From NCBI RefSeq assembly GCF_009914755.1, contig NC_060936.1: DNA of 64,000 nt; one strand, given 5' to 3'. The notes under the pieces were generated by a model. That model was given only the letters and a program-made list of their open reading frames with translations. It searched no databases and had not been told where the DNA came from. Shown here in pieces: positions 63,791-64,000 of the stretch. Made by a program: the position numbers and the translations under genes. Within the stretch, counting starts at the first letter, position 1. Each line of letters begins with the position of its first letter. Source of the stretch: the human T2T-CHM13v2.0 reference genome, Homo sapiens.

Positions 63791-64000
63791 AACAGATGTA
63801 GACATCTACATGTATCTATTTATAAGCACTGACAAGAACAAGTATACATATAAACAGTAGATCCAAAAGGACTCCTCAATCTTAAGACATCCCTCCTCTC
63901 CTATCCTGCAGGGCAAAATACAATGGGCAAAAGTCGGAAACCACCATCTCTATCTCAGTGACTTCTTATGGAGCCCTGTGGTAGAATGACCAGGAACTTA

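Overview
This is AT-rich, CpG-depleted primate (human-like) intergenic or intronic DNA, not prokaryotic. I found no intact cellular gene, RNA gene or CRISPR array. Bases 1-45 kb are a stack of nested retro- and DNA-transposons: an old L1M 3' end, a full-length L1MA1/2-type LINE carrying a THE1 solo LTR, a full-length L1PA3/PA2-type L1 with intact ORF1 inside an Alu, a tail-to-tail truncated L1PA2 with a 3' transduction, plus L2, CR1/L3, MIR, MLT1, MER elements and about 11 Alus. The main feature is a minus-strand OSBPL9 processed pseudogene (15921-23275) with a perfect 16-bp TSD, inserted in a Tc2/Kanga-like DNA transposon. It appears to derive from the short PH-less isoform. It later received a Tigger2a, an Alu, a 5'-inverted L1PA4/5, and an unusual ~340-bp poly(A)/TSD-flanked insert containing an inverted copy of the pseudogene's own 3' coding end. 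Bases 48-62 kb are comparatively repeat-poor and may hold regulatory elements. I see no support for a new multi-gene system; the novelty is mechanistic (templated insertions, template switching, possible L1-L1 gene conversion). Repeat subfamily names and parent-gene comparisons come from recall of consensus sequences, not from a search.
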